Positions 37,919-50,899 of a DNA stretch of 64,000 bases are shown piece after piece. Position 1 is the stretch's first letter, and each line of letters starts with the position of its first letter. The stretch covers positions 15,996,001 to 16,060,000 of the forward strand of contig JAQFVV010000009.1 in the NCBI GenBank assembly GCA_028023455.1, read 5' to 3'. The notes below the pieces were generated by a model that saw only the letters and a program-made list of their open reading frames with translations, searched no databases and had not been told where the DNA came from. Source of the DNA: Epiperipatus broadwayi. Taxonomy: Eukaryota > Animalia > Onychophora. The translations under genes were made by a program, and so were the position numbers.

Positions 37919-40499
37919 CTAATGTAGGGGGGAAAAAATCACAAAAAATACATCTTTATTAAAAAAAAATAATACTATATTTTATAGAATTTCTATGAAA
38001 GAAAAAAAAAAAAAAATTGGTTTGGTAAGTCAAGCTTATTATAGATAGACTTGGAGTAAAATAATAGAGTGGACTATTATTACTTATATAACTTTAGAAA
38101 CACACACATACCTTTATTTAATAAATACACATTAACTGGTTCACAAAAAATTTATGATTTTAGAACAAAGTATCACATACACATTTATTTTACACATAAT
38201 TCTCTTTATTCAGAAGCCATCTTTGTATATAAGCATGATTATCATTTCTATAGCTGTTTGTGGCATTCTTCATAAAAAAACTGTTTTACCACACTATACT
38301 ATTCAAATCAATGAATAAAATTTTAAAATACTCAAGATTTTGAAACTAAGCTGATTCATCTCTCTACAGAAGTCTGATACTAAAGCAGCAACTTTATATT
38401 TTAGTAATCTCACTTAAAAGCTACCTGAAGGAATCAGTGGGCTCCTTAAAATCCTCTTTTTATTATAATAAATCTCTTTCTCATTATTCAAAAATCAATT
38501 CTGTAAGCATGAGTAATCCATAGATATTATATCCATGGATATATTTTTAGACTATTTTCTGGCTATTTGGTCTTCTTAAGTGGAAATGACTCATTTAGCA
38601 ATAATCTTTTATTTATCCTATTCATATTAATGACTTGAAATTCTCAAATTCTTTAGGATTTATTTTGATATATACTATATTTTCTCTCTCCAAAGGTTAA
38701 AGATATCTGCAATTAGCCTACAAGTGAATTCACCATTTTTTTTATTTGAGTAAATCTTTATTGAATGCTAAATATTTATACAATGATTAGAAATATTCTA
38801 CAATGGGTATTACTCACAATAAATAATAAGATCTAATAAAATAAAATAAAAAAACTTTTCAAAAATAATATTGAGTTTTCATTGTTCCAAGTGCTTATTA
38901 TAGAATATATGTTTAGCTGTTACTGCATATCATTTATTATATAATTGTTTGTTGATCCAATTATTTGCTTTTTTTAAAAAAAAAATGAAATTTAAGGATA
39001 TTATTAAAAAAAAACGTTTGCTTCATGTTATTTTTTATTATTAAACATAAATTATATAGTTTATAGAGTTGGTTTTTTTTTTATTCTTAAATTAATCAGA
39101 AGTACATGGAAGACTTGTTGCTATAACTTTATAAATGCATCACAATCTTCAAATAATTACAACAATGCCTTCTCAATACTAAATGAACAGGGGATCCTGA
39201 TTGACATGTAATTGATAATTAAGTTTTGAATTTCATGTAGTATCTTAAATAAATTATATATATATATATTAGGGGCATAGATATTCCTAATTAAGAAGAT
39301 TGTGTTTTTGCTATTGAGTGGTTAGTTTATTTTTTACAAGGAAAATGTGATTGTAGTGCTTCCAAAAAGGGAAGTATTAAACATAATCCAAGAATCTGTA
39401 AACGAAGATGAAATTAAATCAATTGCTGAGACTCATTTGCAAATGTTGGGATATTTTTAATGTTTGATATTTTAATTTCTGCACAGTGGATTAGTGGTTT
39501 TGATAGTTTGCCAAGTGAAGTGCTAGTATTCCAATCCTTGTTTGATGTAGGATATTAGAAGATAATAGTACTAAAGATGTTCTGCTGTAATTTTTTTACC
39601 TTTCATAATCTAAATATTAGTAATTGCATACATAGTCTGTAAAAGCCATAAAAGTTGTAAAAATTTTAGCTTCAACGAATCTACATTCGGAAAGGAATTT
39701 AGTAATTTTGTTTAATATTAAAGAAAGTCCTTAGTCCTTAAAAAAAATAGTTATAAGTATTTGTTATTTAATATAAATAATAGCCATCATAGTTACAATT
39801 CAAATCACTTGCTAAAAAGATCCTTTCTAATTTCTGATATAACTTATTTTGAATCTCATACTAATTGGTATAATATTTTTACCTTTAATTTAAACAACAA
39901 CAACAAAAAACAATTATAAATAAAAGTTATTTGAAAAGATAACATTTGAATCTTTTTTATTTTGCTTGAATATTATTAATCAGCACAGATCCTAAATGTG
40001 CTGGTCTAGTATTGATTTTAAACATTGAGATAAATGTCAATTTAAATTGCTTATTCAGTTGTAGTGAGTGTTTTGAGAAACTTACATTTCAATTGTAATA
40101 TAATATCATTACATTAATAAATTAAACAACTGAGAACATTATGTATTTTATTTCGAATATTCACAATCCTATCCCTATGTTTAGTGTAGTAGTTGATTTT
40201 AACATTTGATTGGTACTTATGTAATTTACTAACTTCTTCTGACTCTTTTTAGTAATTTTCCTGTCTACATCATTTGAAATGAGACAAGTAATTTTTTTTA
40301 AATTAAACTTTGCGGTTTTTTTTTTTTTTTTGGAATTTCATCTTTGTTTGCTATCTTTTTCTAGACTGTATTGGCTTGAAAAAAAATGTCTTCTTTACTA
40401 TTTAATGCTATAAGGGTTGTTTGCCTTTATTATTATTTTATTTGAAGTGATATATTTGAGTTTTCTCCACAAATTATATTTAAATTATTTTCCTTTCTA

Positions 40500-41900
40500 G
40501 ACACTCTGAAATTGTTAAACTTTGTTGAGAAATGTTGTTGTTGTGATGGAATCAGCATGCTGGCAAAACTATATTTATCAATTAGAATATCTGCAATTTC
40601 AGTACTTTATTAATACCCCTAGTTCTGGTCATCTGTTAGACCATCTATTACATTAGCTCAGCTTCTTTCTGGATGCCTTGTAATATACAGAATGTTCAGC
40701 TTATCAATGTTCATGCACTATAGCTACATTTCCTATTCAACTATTTAAAATATTTTTACACCATCTGAAATAAAATATCTCTGTAAATAGCTTATGAATT
40801 GTAAAATATTTTGATTAATTCAGCTAAAATATAAAATAATTGCATTGGTGAATTAAAAATTGAGAACTAGCTTTTTTTTTTGTCTCTATTTCTTTTGTGA
40901 GTATAAGATTTCTTCAGAAATAGATCAATCTTTTTCTATATCTTTAGTGATTTCATACAATTTGTTAATGTTAGCTTCATTGAATTTCTTCAGAAATAAA
41001 TTCAAATTTTTGATTACTCCCTCATATCTTATTTTGTGAAATTGTAAGTTATTATCACTTCCTGCATTCTGATTCCTGACTATTATAACATAATTCATAA
41101 GATGGTATTGTTTTGAGAATGAATATATCCAAGTTTTTTTAATAAGTAATCCATGTAATGTGCAAAATTCAATAATAGATAATTCAAGTTCACAGAGCCA
41201 AATACTATTTCCAAGAATTGTTCATTGTTCCTATCATCATATGAATTAAAATCTCCGAGAAAAAAAATCTTTTACTGATGGTGATGCAATAGTACAACAA
41301 ATCAAGAAATAAAAGCTTGCTTTCTCTGAATTTTTTACATCTAGAAATTCCAAGATTAAATACTATATTAAACTTCATAGTGAACTGAACACCATGTAAT
41401 CCTTTTTGACAGATAGTGACTATATTTTCTAAAGAAATCTCAACTACAAGTATAACTAATTATAATTGGGCAAAAAATTTTCAATTGCTATTTTGCTCTA
41501 GAGTTTATTCTTAACATAACTCCAGAAAACCAATCCAGATCTATTTCTCAATAAAACAAGAAAAACAAAAACTCTCACCATTCAGAAATTGACTGCTCAA
41601 TGAATAATCTCTTCTCTATTTGAAGAGGTATTGTAAAGTTCTTTGTCTTGCTGTGAGCTATTTAAGATTATTTTACTATGATCTTTTCACCTATGACTCT
41701 TATTCTATATTAAGATCAAATGCATGCTTTGTTTCTTTATCAATCTTCGAGAGATTTTCTTTATTCTTTTTTGAGTCCAAAATTCCAATTGAATTATAAT
41801 TTTTTTTTAACCTATCAAAGTTGTCGCTTTTCCTCCATTTCCTATCAGTCTCATTTCAAATACTTTAACGAATAATAAGTTATTTGACAATTAAAAGAAT
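40500..41900 (-). mobile_element. Decayed LINE with an APE endonuclease remnant
   Basis: Minus-strand LGDFNSYD near 41260; otherwise stop-ridden. Boundaries approximate. Confidence 0.4.
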
Positions 41901-42402
41901 CAATTTTTTCAAATTACAACACATCTAAAAAATTAATTTCCAAAAGAATACTCAAACCTATTTGATATACACACATCCAACAAAAACTTCACCATAAAAT
42001 GAATAACTACTGCCTAAAGAAACAAAGTCTTCATAAACTATGCTGTTCGTATAAGAAAATTTTTATTTTGCAAATAATAACTAGAATTTCTTTCAGAAGC
42101 CCTTTAATCAAAAGACTTCAGGTTACTAGTTACTTACATCTATTAAGTATAGTTGCTGATGATGTAAATATTTATTAATTAAAATCTATCACATGGTTTG
42201 TGTCATCATTAAAAAATGGAAAGTAGAATTGGGATTTTGTAAAAAAAATACAGGATTCACATTTGACTGACAAATCTTTACCTTACCAAACTTTTAATTA
42301 ACTATTAATATTTTTACAATGTAAATAAAACGAATATATCTTCAAAATAATGCTTACATTAACATATATGTAAAATAATAAGACAATCATAAAGATACCA
42401 AC

Positions 42403-42548
42403 CTTATGATCTCTGTTACCAAGGAATCCAATAGTTCATTACCAAAATTATTGATGAATTGAGCCATTTGCAATGTTTTTGAAGCAACATCAACACACAT
42501 CTCATTGATAACTTGTATGAATAATTCTTGTGTAAACTCCTTGATAGC
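42403..42548 (-). CDS. MCM3AP: GANP/MCM3AP-like internal exon C (AIKEFTQELFIQVINEMCVDVASKTLQMAQFINNFGNELLDSLVTEII), phase 0 to 2
   Basis: TATATTTAG|GCT acceptor and ATAAG|GTTGGT donor; 146 nt, open. Amphipathic helix consistent with the CID (ENY2/centrin-binding) region; phases fit both neighbours. Confidence 0.75.
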
Positions 42549-42799
42549 CTAAATATACAGAAAGAAGTAATATAATTATTAATTAAAAAATAATTGATAC
42601 CAATGTATATTAATATTCAATTTACATTTCTGATTCAATAGACACCATTATTTACTCTCTATCGAAATTTATTTAACGAAAATAAAGATGTACAAAAATC
42701 AACAAAATTAAAATAGTTAATGCCAAGATAAATTTACAAAAAATACTTTATAATTTTAAACATACAAATATTCAGACATTTATAATGAAAAGGTAGGTG

Positions 42800-44790
42800 T
42801 GTTATTTTAAAAATTGACTTTAATCATGTTAAGCATGCTTTTAGTACAATGCGTTACCATAATAATAGCTATATTACATTACTACTATTGGTGGTATTAA
42901 ATATACTCACATTTAAATTAATTTTAATTTGTTGTGTAGTTATGTACATTTTATTTGAAATCTTCTTAGAGGCTATTTCTTTGAGATAGGAAGGTTGGTA
43001 TATTTTTTATTTATCGTGAATTGATTTTTAGCTATGGTCCAAGCCTCTTTAATTTTTCTCTTTTTATTCTCTCTCTCAGTAAAATTATTTTTGCTTTAGA
43101 TAAATCGAAACTTATGGTGAAGATATTGTTTATGTTCTATGAAAATGGAGTATTTGTTACTTCATTTAGCTCTATTATAGAGATGGTTTTGCTGGCCAAT
43201 CTTGTAGATAGATTGGCTTTTCATTCACCATAATAGGCATATAGGCAATTGGCTTGAGTGCAAGAGATTATATAAACTATTTGATGAGCCAATTCAGTGA
43301 ACAATTTAACTGTTGAATTGTTCAGTAAATTATTTAAAGCTGGAGGAGAACGAAAGCTTATATTAAATTTCTAAGAACAAATTCTTTTTAATTTGATAGA
43401 AAATTTTGGTATATATGGTAAGCTTATTATTTCTTAATATCTTCAAATTTAGCCTCGTACTAATGATTTTAATATCATTTTATAGTTTAGTGAATGTGGC
43501 TGTTTTAGAAAATAAAGATTCAGGAATTTGATATCTTGGTTCTTGTGTCTTTATCGATAGTCCAGATTAACGAAGAAACCTGTTCTAATTCATGATGAAT
43601 ATCTACGATTTGGGTGTCAGTTGCATATAACATCGTGGCATCTATATATCTGAATTAAAGTATGTTGGAAGATGGGGAAGTATATTTAGAAATAATTTTA
43701 CTTTCAATGTTTGATAAGTATAGGCTACATATAACGCTAGCGAACAGAAAGCCCATTGGCCATCTGTATTGCAGATCATAATGTTTCCCACTGACAACTG
43801 CACAATATCCTCGCTGATCTATTTTAATGTTTCTATTATGATCTCTTTTTTACTTTACACACATTATAGTCAACATTTTGTAGCATTTTATTAATATATT
43901 CTACAGATTGTAAATGAGGCATGGAACAGTAAAGCTCTTTAACATCTAATGATGCTATTTTGTAGTCATTGTGTATTTTTTAAGTTTTTAATCTTATTTA
44001 TATATTCATAAGTTCAATTTGACTGTACATGTGCCAAAACTTAATTCTTCAGTTAACCAAGTCACAATCATTTTAGCCGCATTATAAAAGTACGATCCTC
44101 CAAAATCTATAATAAATCTTAAATGGCTGTTCTCTTTGTGTAATGTTATATTCATCAATATCCTTGATACTATTGCAGCTGACTGATATATTTTGAGATA
44201 TTCGATTTTGATAAATGCTTTTCCGCAGTGTTTTCTCAGCATGGATGAGATAAATTTATCCTTTTTATATTTTAAATTATAGGAGGCTATTTGATTAAAT
44301 TTGAGATTATTAATTTGCTGGTTCAATTTCTTTTTATAATAATCTTTACTGAGCAAAATGAGACAATTGCTCTTGGCTACTTGATTAAATTTGAGATTAT
44401 TAATTTGCTGGTTCAATTTCTCTTTATAATAATCTATAATCTTTACTGAGCAAAATGAGACAATTGCTCTTGTCCTCTTTTAAAACAACAATTTTTTCTC
44501 ATGATCGGATCAATTGTCTTTGTTAGATTCCTGTAATGAACTTATTGTTTTAGCAATCTTCTAAATTATTTTGTCTTTAGAAAGGCAATTCTCAAATTTT
44601 GATTTAATAGTGATGATTTCCATTTTAAATTTTACCATGATCCTCCTACAAATTTAGAACCATTATTTAAAATATTTCCCCATCGTTTCTGGGATTTTGT
44701 GGTTTGACAGGTTGACCCAATTGTCATTGTGATTCACTGCTTTTAAATTACAGTGTGGTTTATTGACTAAAAAAATACAATTATTTTAAA
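42800..44790 (-). mobile_element. Decayed, 5'-truncated PLE related to the 27-kb element
   Basis: GSKFVGGSW near 44650; ORF 44006..44416 (KFISSMLR...TLHKENSHLRFIIDFGGS) aligns to KFISSILR...KLHKRGEPLRLMLDFGG; near 43280 VYIISCTQANCLYAYYGE; a decayed hammerhead lies at 42827-42870. Confidence 0.85.
44291..44472. repeat. Tandem duplication, about 90-bp unit x2, inside the PLE
   Basis: TTGATTAAATTTGAG starts at 44291 and again at 44381; it appears duplicated in ORF 44006..44416. Confidence 0.88.
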
Positions 44791-44956
44791 CCTTAAAACA
44801 TCACATGATCACTATCTTTCATGCTGGCTCATAACTGTTGTTATATTAGGCAAAACTCTCTCCATACAGTAGTGCCAATCTAAGCAAGACAGATTAATCA
44901 ATGGATGCCAGAAGGCTTGTGCATAAAATCCCTACCTAGTGCCTACTCATCCAATA

Positions 44957-44998
44957 TCCCCAAACTAGCTTCTGGCTTATGGCCTTCGTCAGTGAGGA
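44957..44998 (-). ncRNA. Hammerhead copy with GAAA changed to GAAG (likely inactive)
   Basis: Reverse complement of the 45193 motif with A15.1 changed to G. Confidence 0.6.
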
Positions 44999-45192
44999 GC
45001 CTTGGATCTGAGAGCACTGCACCTAGATCTTAGGATCTAATGCAACCCTCCAGCAGCCATCTTTTAACTCTACATAACTACTAAACTATGAGAATAAATT
45101 TGAAAACACACAGATATTTTCAATCTAAGCTCAATAGCTGGAGGGTTGCATTAGATCCTAAGACCTAGGTGCAGTGCTCTCAGATCCAAGGC

Positions 45193-45234
45193 TCCTCACT
45201 GACGAAGGCCATAAGCCAGAAACTAGTTTGGGGA
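45193..45234 (+). ncRNA. Minimal type-I hammerhead (CUGACGA core, GUU triplet)
   Basis: TCCTCA / CTGACGA / A-GGC-CATAA-GCC-A / GAAA / CTAG / TT / TGGGGA; stem I is 6 bp. Confidence 0.7.
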
Positions 45235-45992
45235 TATTGGATGAGTAGGCACTAGATAGGGATTTAATGCACAAGCCTTCTGGCATCCATTGATTATTCT
45301 GTCTTGCTTAGAGTGACACTACTATATGGAGAGAGTTTTGCCTATTATAATATAATTATTTTGTTATATTTGTTCTTTAAACTACTAGCCAATCAATGTC
45401 TGAACATTTATATATTTAAAATTACAAGTGCAAAGGAAAGAGATAAGATATTAAATGAATTATGTACAAAATACTTATATATTTTCGATATTAATACAAA
45501 AGGAATATATAAATCAGTATAATGATGAGGCTCACATGACTCCACTTAGAAACCAGGCTTCCATCTTATAATGAATTTCAGATTTTTTAAAGCAAGACAG
45601 AAAAAAATTAGGTTCAACCCAAGTCAAAGGTGTATATATATATATATATATAAAATATAATAATTATTATTATTATCTCCAGACCCCCCCCCCTTCCCCC
45701 CAAAAAAAAAATTACTTAAACTATACACTTTTAGTTATGAAAATTATTTTTTGACTTTCCAATAAAGTTTTTGGCTGCAATAAAAAATACTAGTTTTAAA
45801 TTAAAAGTTTCATCATAATCAATGTGATTTTGCATTAATATATCAGAATATTAATTTCCATTAACTATTAAAGCTAGATTGATAAACAAAAAAATATGGA
45901 ATTATTAGATATAATACATTTATTTCACTGGACTTTATTTATAGTCATAAAATGATATTGTAAAATTATATTTAAAAGATGCTTGAACAGAT

Positions 45993-46635
45993 ATCATCAT
46001 CATCATTTTCAAGCATTATCAATCAACTGCAGGATGAAGTTCTTTCCAAATTCAGTCCACCTTCTCCGATTTCTAGCCTCTCTTCTCCACATCACATCTG
46101 CATACTTCTTTATTTCATCCATCCATCTCACATGTGGTTTTTTTCTAGGTCTTTTATAAGCTTTTGGAATCTCAGTTTAAGATTTCAACTATTCATCTAT
46201 CATCTCTTCTAGCAATGTGTCCAGCCCAACTCCACTTCAGTCTCTTAATTCTTTCAATGATGTCAGTAACACCTGTTTGATTTTTTACCCATGCATTTTG
46301 TTTTCGATCTTTTCGTTATTTCTAACCTTCATCTCTTCATATTTCTTTGAGGGTTCTGAAGTCTCTGTATTGTTCTTCTGTTAAGAGTTAAAGTCTCAGA
46401 TTGATAAGTAAAAACTTAAAATAATTTTATTAAAAACCTTCTTTTCAAACCTATAGGCATATTTCCTTTTAATATTAAGTTATTTCTACCAACCAAATTC
46501 AATTCCATAATTAATTTCATCCATTATCATTCCATCTGTAATAACAATCTTGCCACTATATTTGTAGTTAACTTTTAATCTTTATTGTCATCTTTTGAAA
46601 AAATCCATTAAACACTACTTTAGTTGTTTAAATAT
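45993..46635 (-). mobile_element. RTE LINE 3' fragment
   Basis: (TGA)n tail at 45993; colinear with 14581-15200. Confidence 0.88.
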
Positions 46636-46881
46636 TTATCCTTAATCCTACTTGAAAAGATATATAAAATAATAAATAATGTTGTAATTATTGTAGTTAT
46701 ATATTTAAAAAATACTTGATTCATTACAATTATTTTTCAGTTGAATAATATAATTAAATTTATATAATTTTACAAAAAGAAAAATCAAAATCATATTATG
46801 TCAAATCTCAATTAATTATCAAAAAGGTAAATAAGTGAATGTAAGACAAAAATAAAATAAATAAGAAAATAAGTGAATGTA

Positions 46882-49800
46882 AGGCTGCAGAAAGGAGTTT
46901 GCTATTAACTGAAAGGAGACACTTTGATTCTCTTGGAGGCCTTAAAGGAACCGAGCAGGGCAAATTCATAATGTCCACAGCATATGTTCTTGTCATTGCA
47001 GCTGTTATTACTATGTGATTATTCATATAGTATACGAACATGGATGAGCTGCTCACCAACATACATTAGTCAGCATAGTGAGTTTATTAACTTTTTACCT
47101 CTGATTTTACGATTAAAAAACACCATGGTCTTTCTTCTCAGTTGCCTGATAAGGCAGAATGAATGTAAGCATAAATGATAAATATTTTTCCAATAGATAT
47201 ATAAAATCATGATAGACAAAAATAAATCTTGGCTCTTATTCCCAGGAGGCTGTAAAGTCAGCAACCAAAGTAGCGGTTAGTGACTGAAGGTGGAGAGTGC
47301 TAAGAATCCCCTGATTGTGGACCCAGGCTGCCATTTGATGACGACTTTTTATTTAAGTATTTACAATTGCAAATCATTTTCAAGTGAAGGAAGATTGCAA
47401 GAATTAGAAGAAAAACTGTCTTATATTAAAGGGGACATAATTGGACTTTGTGAAGTTAGAAGAAAAGGTGAAAAGACAATTGATTTAAAAAGTGGACACG
47501 TACTCTACTATAAAGACACAAATATTGGAAATACAAGTGGAGTAGGATTCATTATAAATAAAAAGTGGAAGAATAACATTGTGGAGATTGATGGTATATC
47601 GGACAGAGTGGCAAGATTAGTTATAAAACTTAATAGCAGATACCAAATAGAGATAATTCAGGTTTATGCCCCAACAAGTTCTCATAGTGATGAAGTAGTA
47701 GAAGTTTTTTATATGGTGTACAAAAGGCTTTTGATCAGAGTAAACAATATTTTAAAATTGCTATGGGAGACTTTAATGCTAGAATAGGTAAACAAATAAA
47801 AGATGAAAGTGCTGTAGGTAATTTTGGTTATGGGAATAGAAATGAGAGAGAACATAGACTTGTGGAGTTTGCAGAAAAAGAAAAACTTTATATTATGAAT
47901 TATTTTTTTGAGTAAATGATAAAAGGAAATGGATATAGAAGCATCCAAATGAAAGTACAGCAGAACTGGATTATATTTTGACTAACAGAAAATAAATATT
48001 TCAAGATTGTAATGCTGTTAATAAATTTAACACTGAAAGTGATCATCGATTAGTAAGATGTAAGATACGTGTTAATGGAAAACTAGAGAGACAAAAATTA
48101 TAAAAAAAAAACAATATTTACAGTTGATATTCCTAATCTTCAGAAACATTCTAATGAATTTAAATTAAAACTTACAAATCGGTTTCAAGTAAGATTTGAA
48201 TGAAATTAATAAAAAAATAACTGATACACTTTTAAACACTGCAACAAAGATAGCTGGTAGAAAGAAGCAGCAATTGAACAAATAAAATTTCTACTGAGAC
48301 TAGAGAATTTATGAAGAAATGAAGGAATATGAAAATATACAAATAAAAAGGATTGAATACCTCGAATTTTGAAAAATGGTGTGGAAAAGAGTTGAAAGTA
48401 ATATAAGAAAGTATAACTGTGAACTAATGAGGAAAGCTGTAGAAGAGTCTCAAGAGTGTAAAACAACATTTTGGTATTGGTAAAAAATTCATATCTACAA
48501 TAAGAAAAAAAGCTGGAATTATTACCAAAAAGAAAGATGGCATAGATGAAATGGGTAGAAGACTTCTATCAAGAATTATATAGTAATAAAGAACAAGTAC
48601 CTCCTATATCTATTATATCTTCCAAATTGCCCAGAAATTTTAAATGAAGAAGTGAGACATGCAGTTAAATTTATGAAGATAGAAAAAGCTCCAGGTAATG
48701 ATAGAACTATACTTGATATATTAAAAGAAGTAGGTAAAGAAATAAATTTTTTTTAGTAGTTATATAGCAAATGTCTAAATGATAAAGATATACCAGATGA
48801 TTAGGAAAATGCAGTATTAATATTAATATTTAAAAAAGATGATAAAGAAGATATTAGCAATTACAGACCTATCAGCCTTTTATCAGTTTTCTACAAAATT
48901 TTTACCAAGATAACTACAACTCACCTACAGAGAACATTGGATTTCTACCAACCAAGAGAACAAGCTGGATTTAAAAGTGGTTTTAGTACAGTAGATTATA
49001 TCCAGGTATTGAGAGAAGTTACAGAAAGGACAAATGAATATGAGTTGCCATTATGCTTTGAATTAGTAGATTATAAAAAGGCATTTGATTCTATAAACAT
49101 TTCTTCAGTGATTAAAGCATTGGATCATCAAAGTATAGATTCAGAATATTTATAAAAATGCAACAGCAACAATTAGATTAATAATAATATTAGGAAAGTC
49201 AATATTGAGAAGGGTGTTAAGACAGAGTGATTCCATATCTCCAAAACCTTTTACAGCAGTGTTGCAATAAGTATTTTGTGGATTAAAATGGGAAGCTAAA
49301 GGAGTGAAAGTAAATGGAGATTATTTAAGTCATTTAGATTTTGCAGATGATGTAGTTGTTTTTGCAAAAAATACTTTAGAGCTGCAGGAAATGTTGCAAG
49401 AGTTATCAGATGAAAGTAGGACTAAAGATAAATGTTAAAAAGACTAAAGTAATGTTCAAGAAATTTCCTCAGAATAAGAAAATAAAGATTGATTACAATG
49501 AGTTAGAAGAAGTTAACAGCTACATGAGTTAGAAAAAGTTAACAGCTACAAATACCTTGATCAGATTATTAATACAGAAGGAAACATAATGGATGAAATT
49601 AATTACACAATTAAACTTGGTTGGAATGCTTTTGGTAGAAATAATTTGATAGTAAAAGGAAACATGTCCATGTGTTTGAAAAGGAAGATTTTTAATAAAT
49701 GTGTTTTAACAGTTTTATGGATCAGAGACTTGGATACTTAATAGAAGAGCAATACAGAAACTTCAGACCACTCAAAGAAGTATGGAGAGATGCATGTTAG

Positions 49801-50127
49801 GAGTAGCCAGAAGATATCGAAAACACAAAATATGGGTGAGAGAACAAACAGGTGTTATTAAGTTTATTGAAAAAATTAGAAAACTGAAGTGGAGTTGGGC
49901 TGGACATATTTCTAGAAGAGATGATAATAGATGGACAATTGAAAACTTAAACTGGATTCCAAGAGATTGTAAAATACCCAGAAAAAGACCACATGTGAGA
50001 TGGATGGATGAAATAAGAAGGTGTGCAGGGATGATGTGGAGAAGGGAAGCTAAAGATCGGAGAAGATGGATTAAACTTGAAAAGACTTTCATCCTGCATT
50101 GGACTGATAATGATTAATGATGATGAA
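46882..50127 (+). mobile_element. Full-length RTE-clade LINE, decayed (same family as 14581-17817)
   Basis: Same 5' start GGCTGCAGAAAGGAG; APE ORF 47290..47787; RT fragments 48937..49155 and 49782..50117; TGA-rich tail. Confidence 0.95.
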
Positions 50128-50899
50128 GACAATATAAAAAATAAAAACAAAAAAAATAAAAATGAATTTCTTAATAAGTCTGTTTACTCATTAAATAAAT
50201 CTTTATTCTCTAACACTTTTATCTATACAAGCATGATTAATTAATGAATATCAGATACTAGCGATTAAAAAAACTAATTTTTAGCTATGGACTTCACCAA
50301 TAGAAAACACTATTTTGCACAGCATTATCAATTAATGACTTCAAAATTTCAAACACCCTAAAGCATTCAACTCAAATACAAAAATTTAACATTAGAATAT
50401 TATTTTTGACATATTTCATCTTTTGCCAAAAAGTTCAAATAGCCAGTTACTGATATTGCACCAGATCTTTATAGTTTTGTAGGAAGATATGATTGCTTTT
50501 AAGTTTTAGAAGTCATTATCTTGATTGTGAAAGATGGTTAGTGGATTGTTATTGTCCAAAATAATTCTCTCTATTAATGAAAATCAACAGACTAGTTTGG
50601 GAATATGCTTGAAAATATCCAAATGCTTAAATACATAATTGGAAAAAAGTTGAACTATTGCTGACAAATGCAGTTTAAGTATAAGTTAAGAGGAGTTATG
50701 TACTACTCTAATACCTTCACAACGAAGTTCAATTGTATGTGTTATATATAGAGCTCGTAAATAAGCTCTTAACAAGCTTGTAGAATATCTTTGCAAAATA
50801 TCTTTGGAGAGTATCTTTGTAATTTCAATTATATAAAACAAACTAATATATACATATGCGCTATTTGCACAGATAATGAAACTAGGATAAAGCGAAGTT

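Larger units (their letters stand above)
44799..45350. mobile_element. PLE terminal-repeat (pLTR-like) family arranged as an inverted pair (214-bp arms 44841-45054 and 45137-45350)
   Basis: Arms are near-perfect reverse complements, each containing a hammerhead motif. The same family occurs at 58794-58959 and 63750-64000. Confidence 0.85.
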
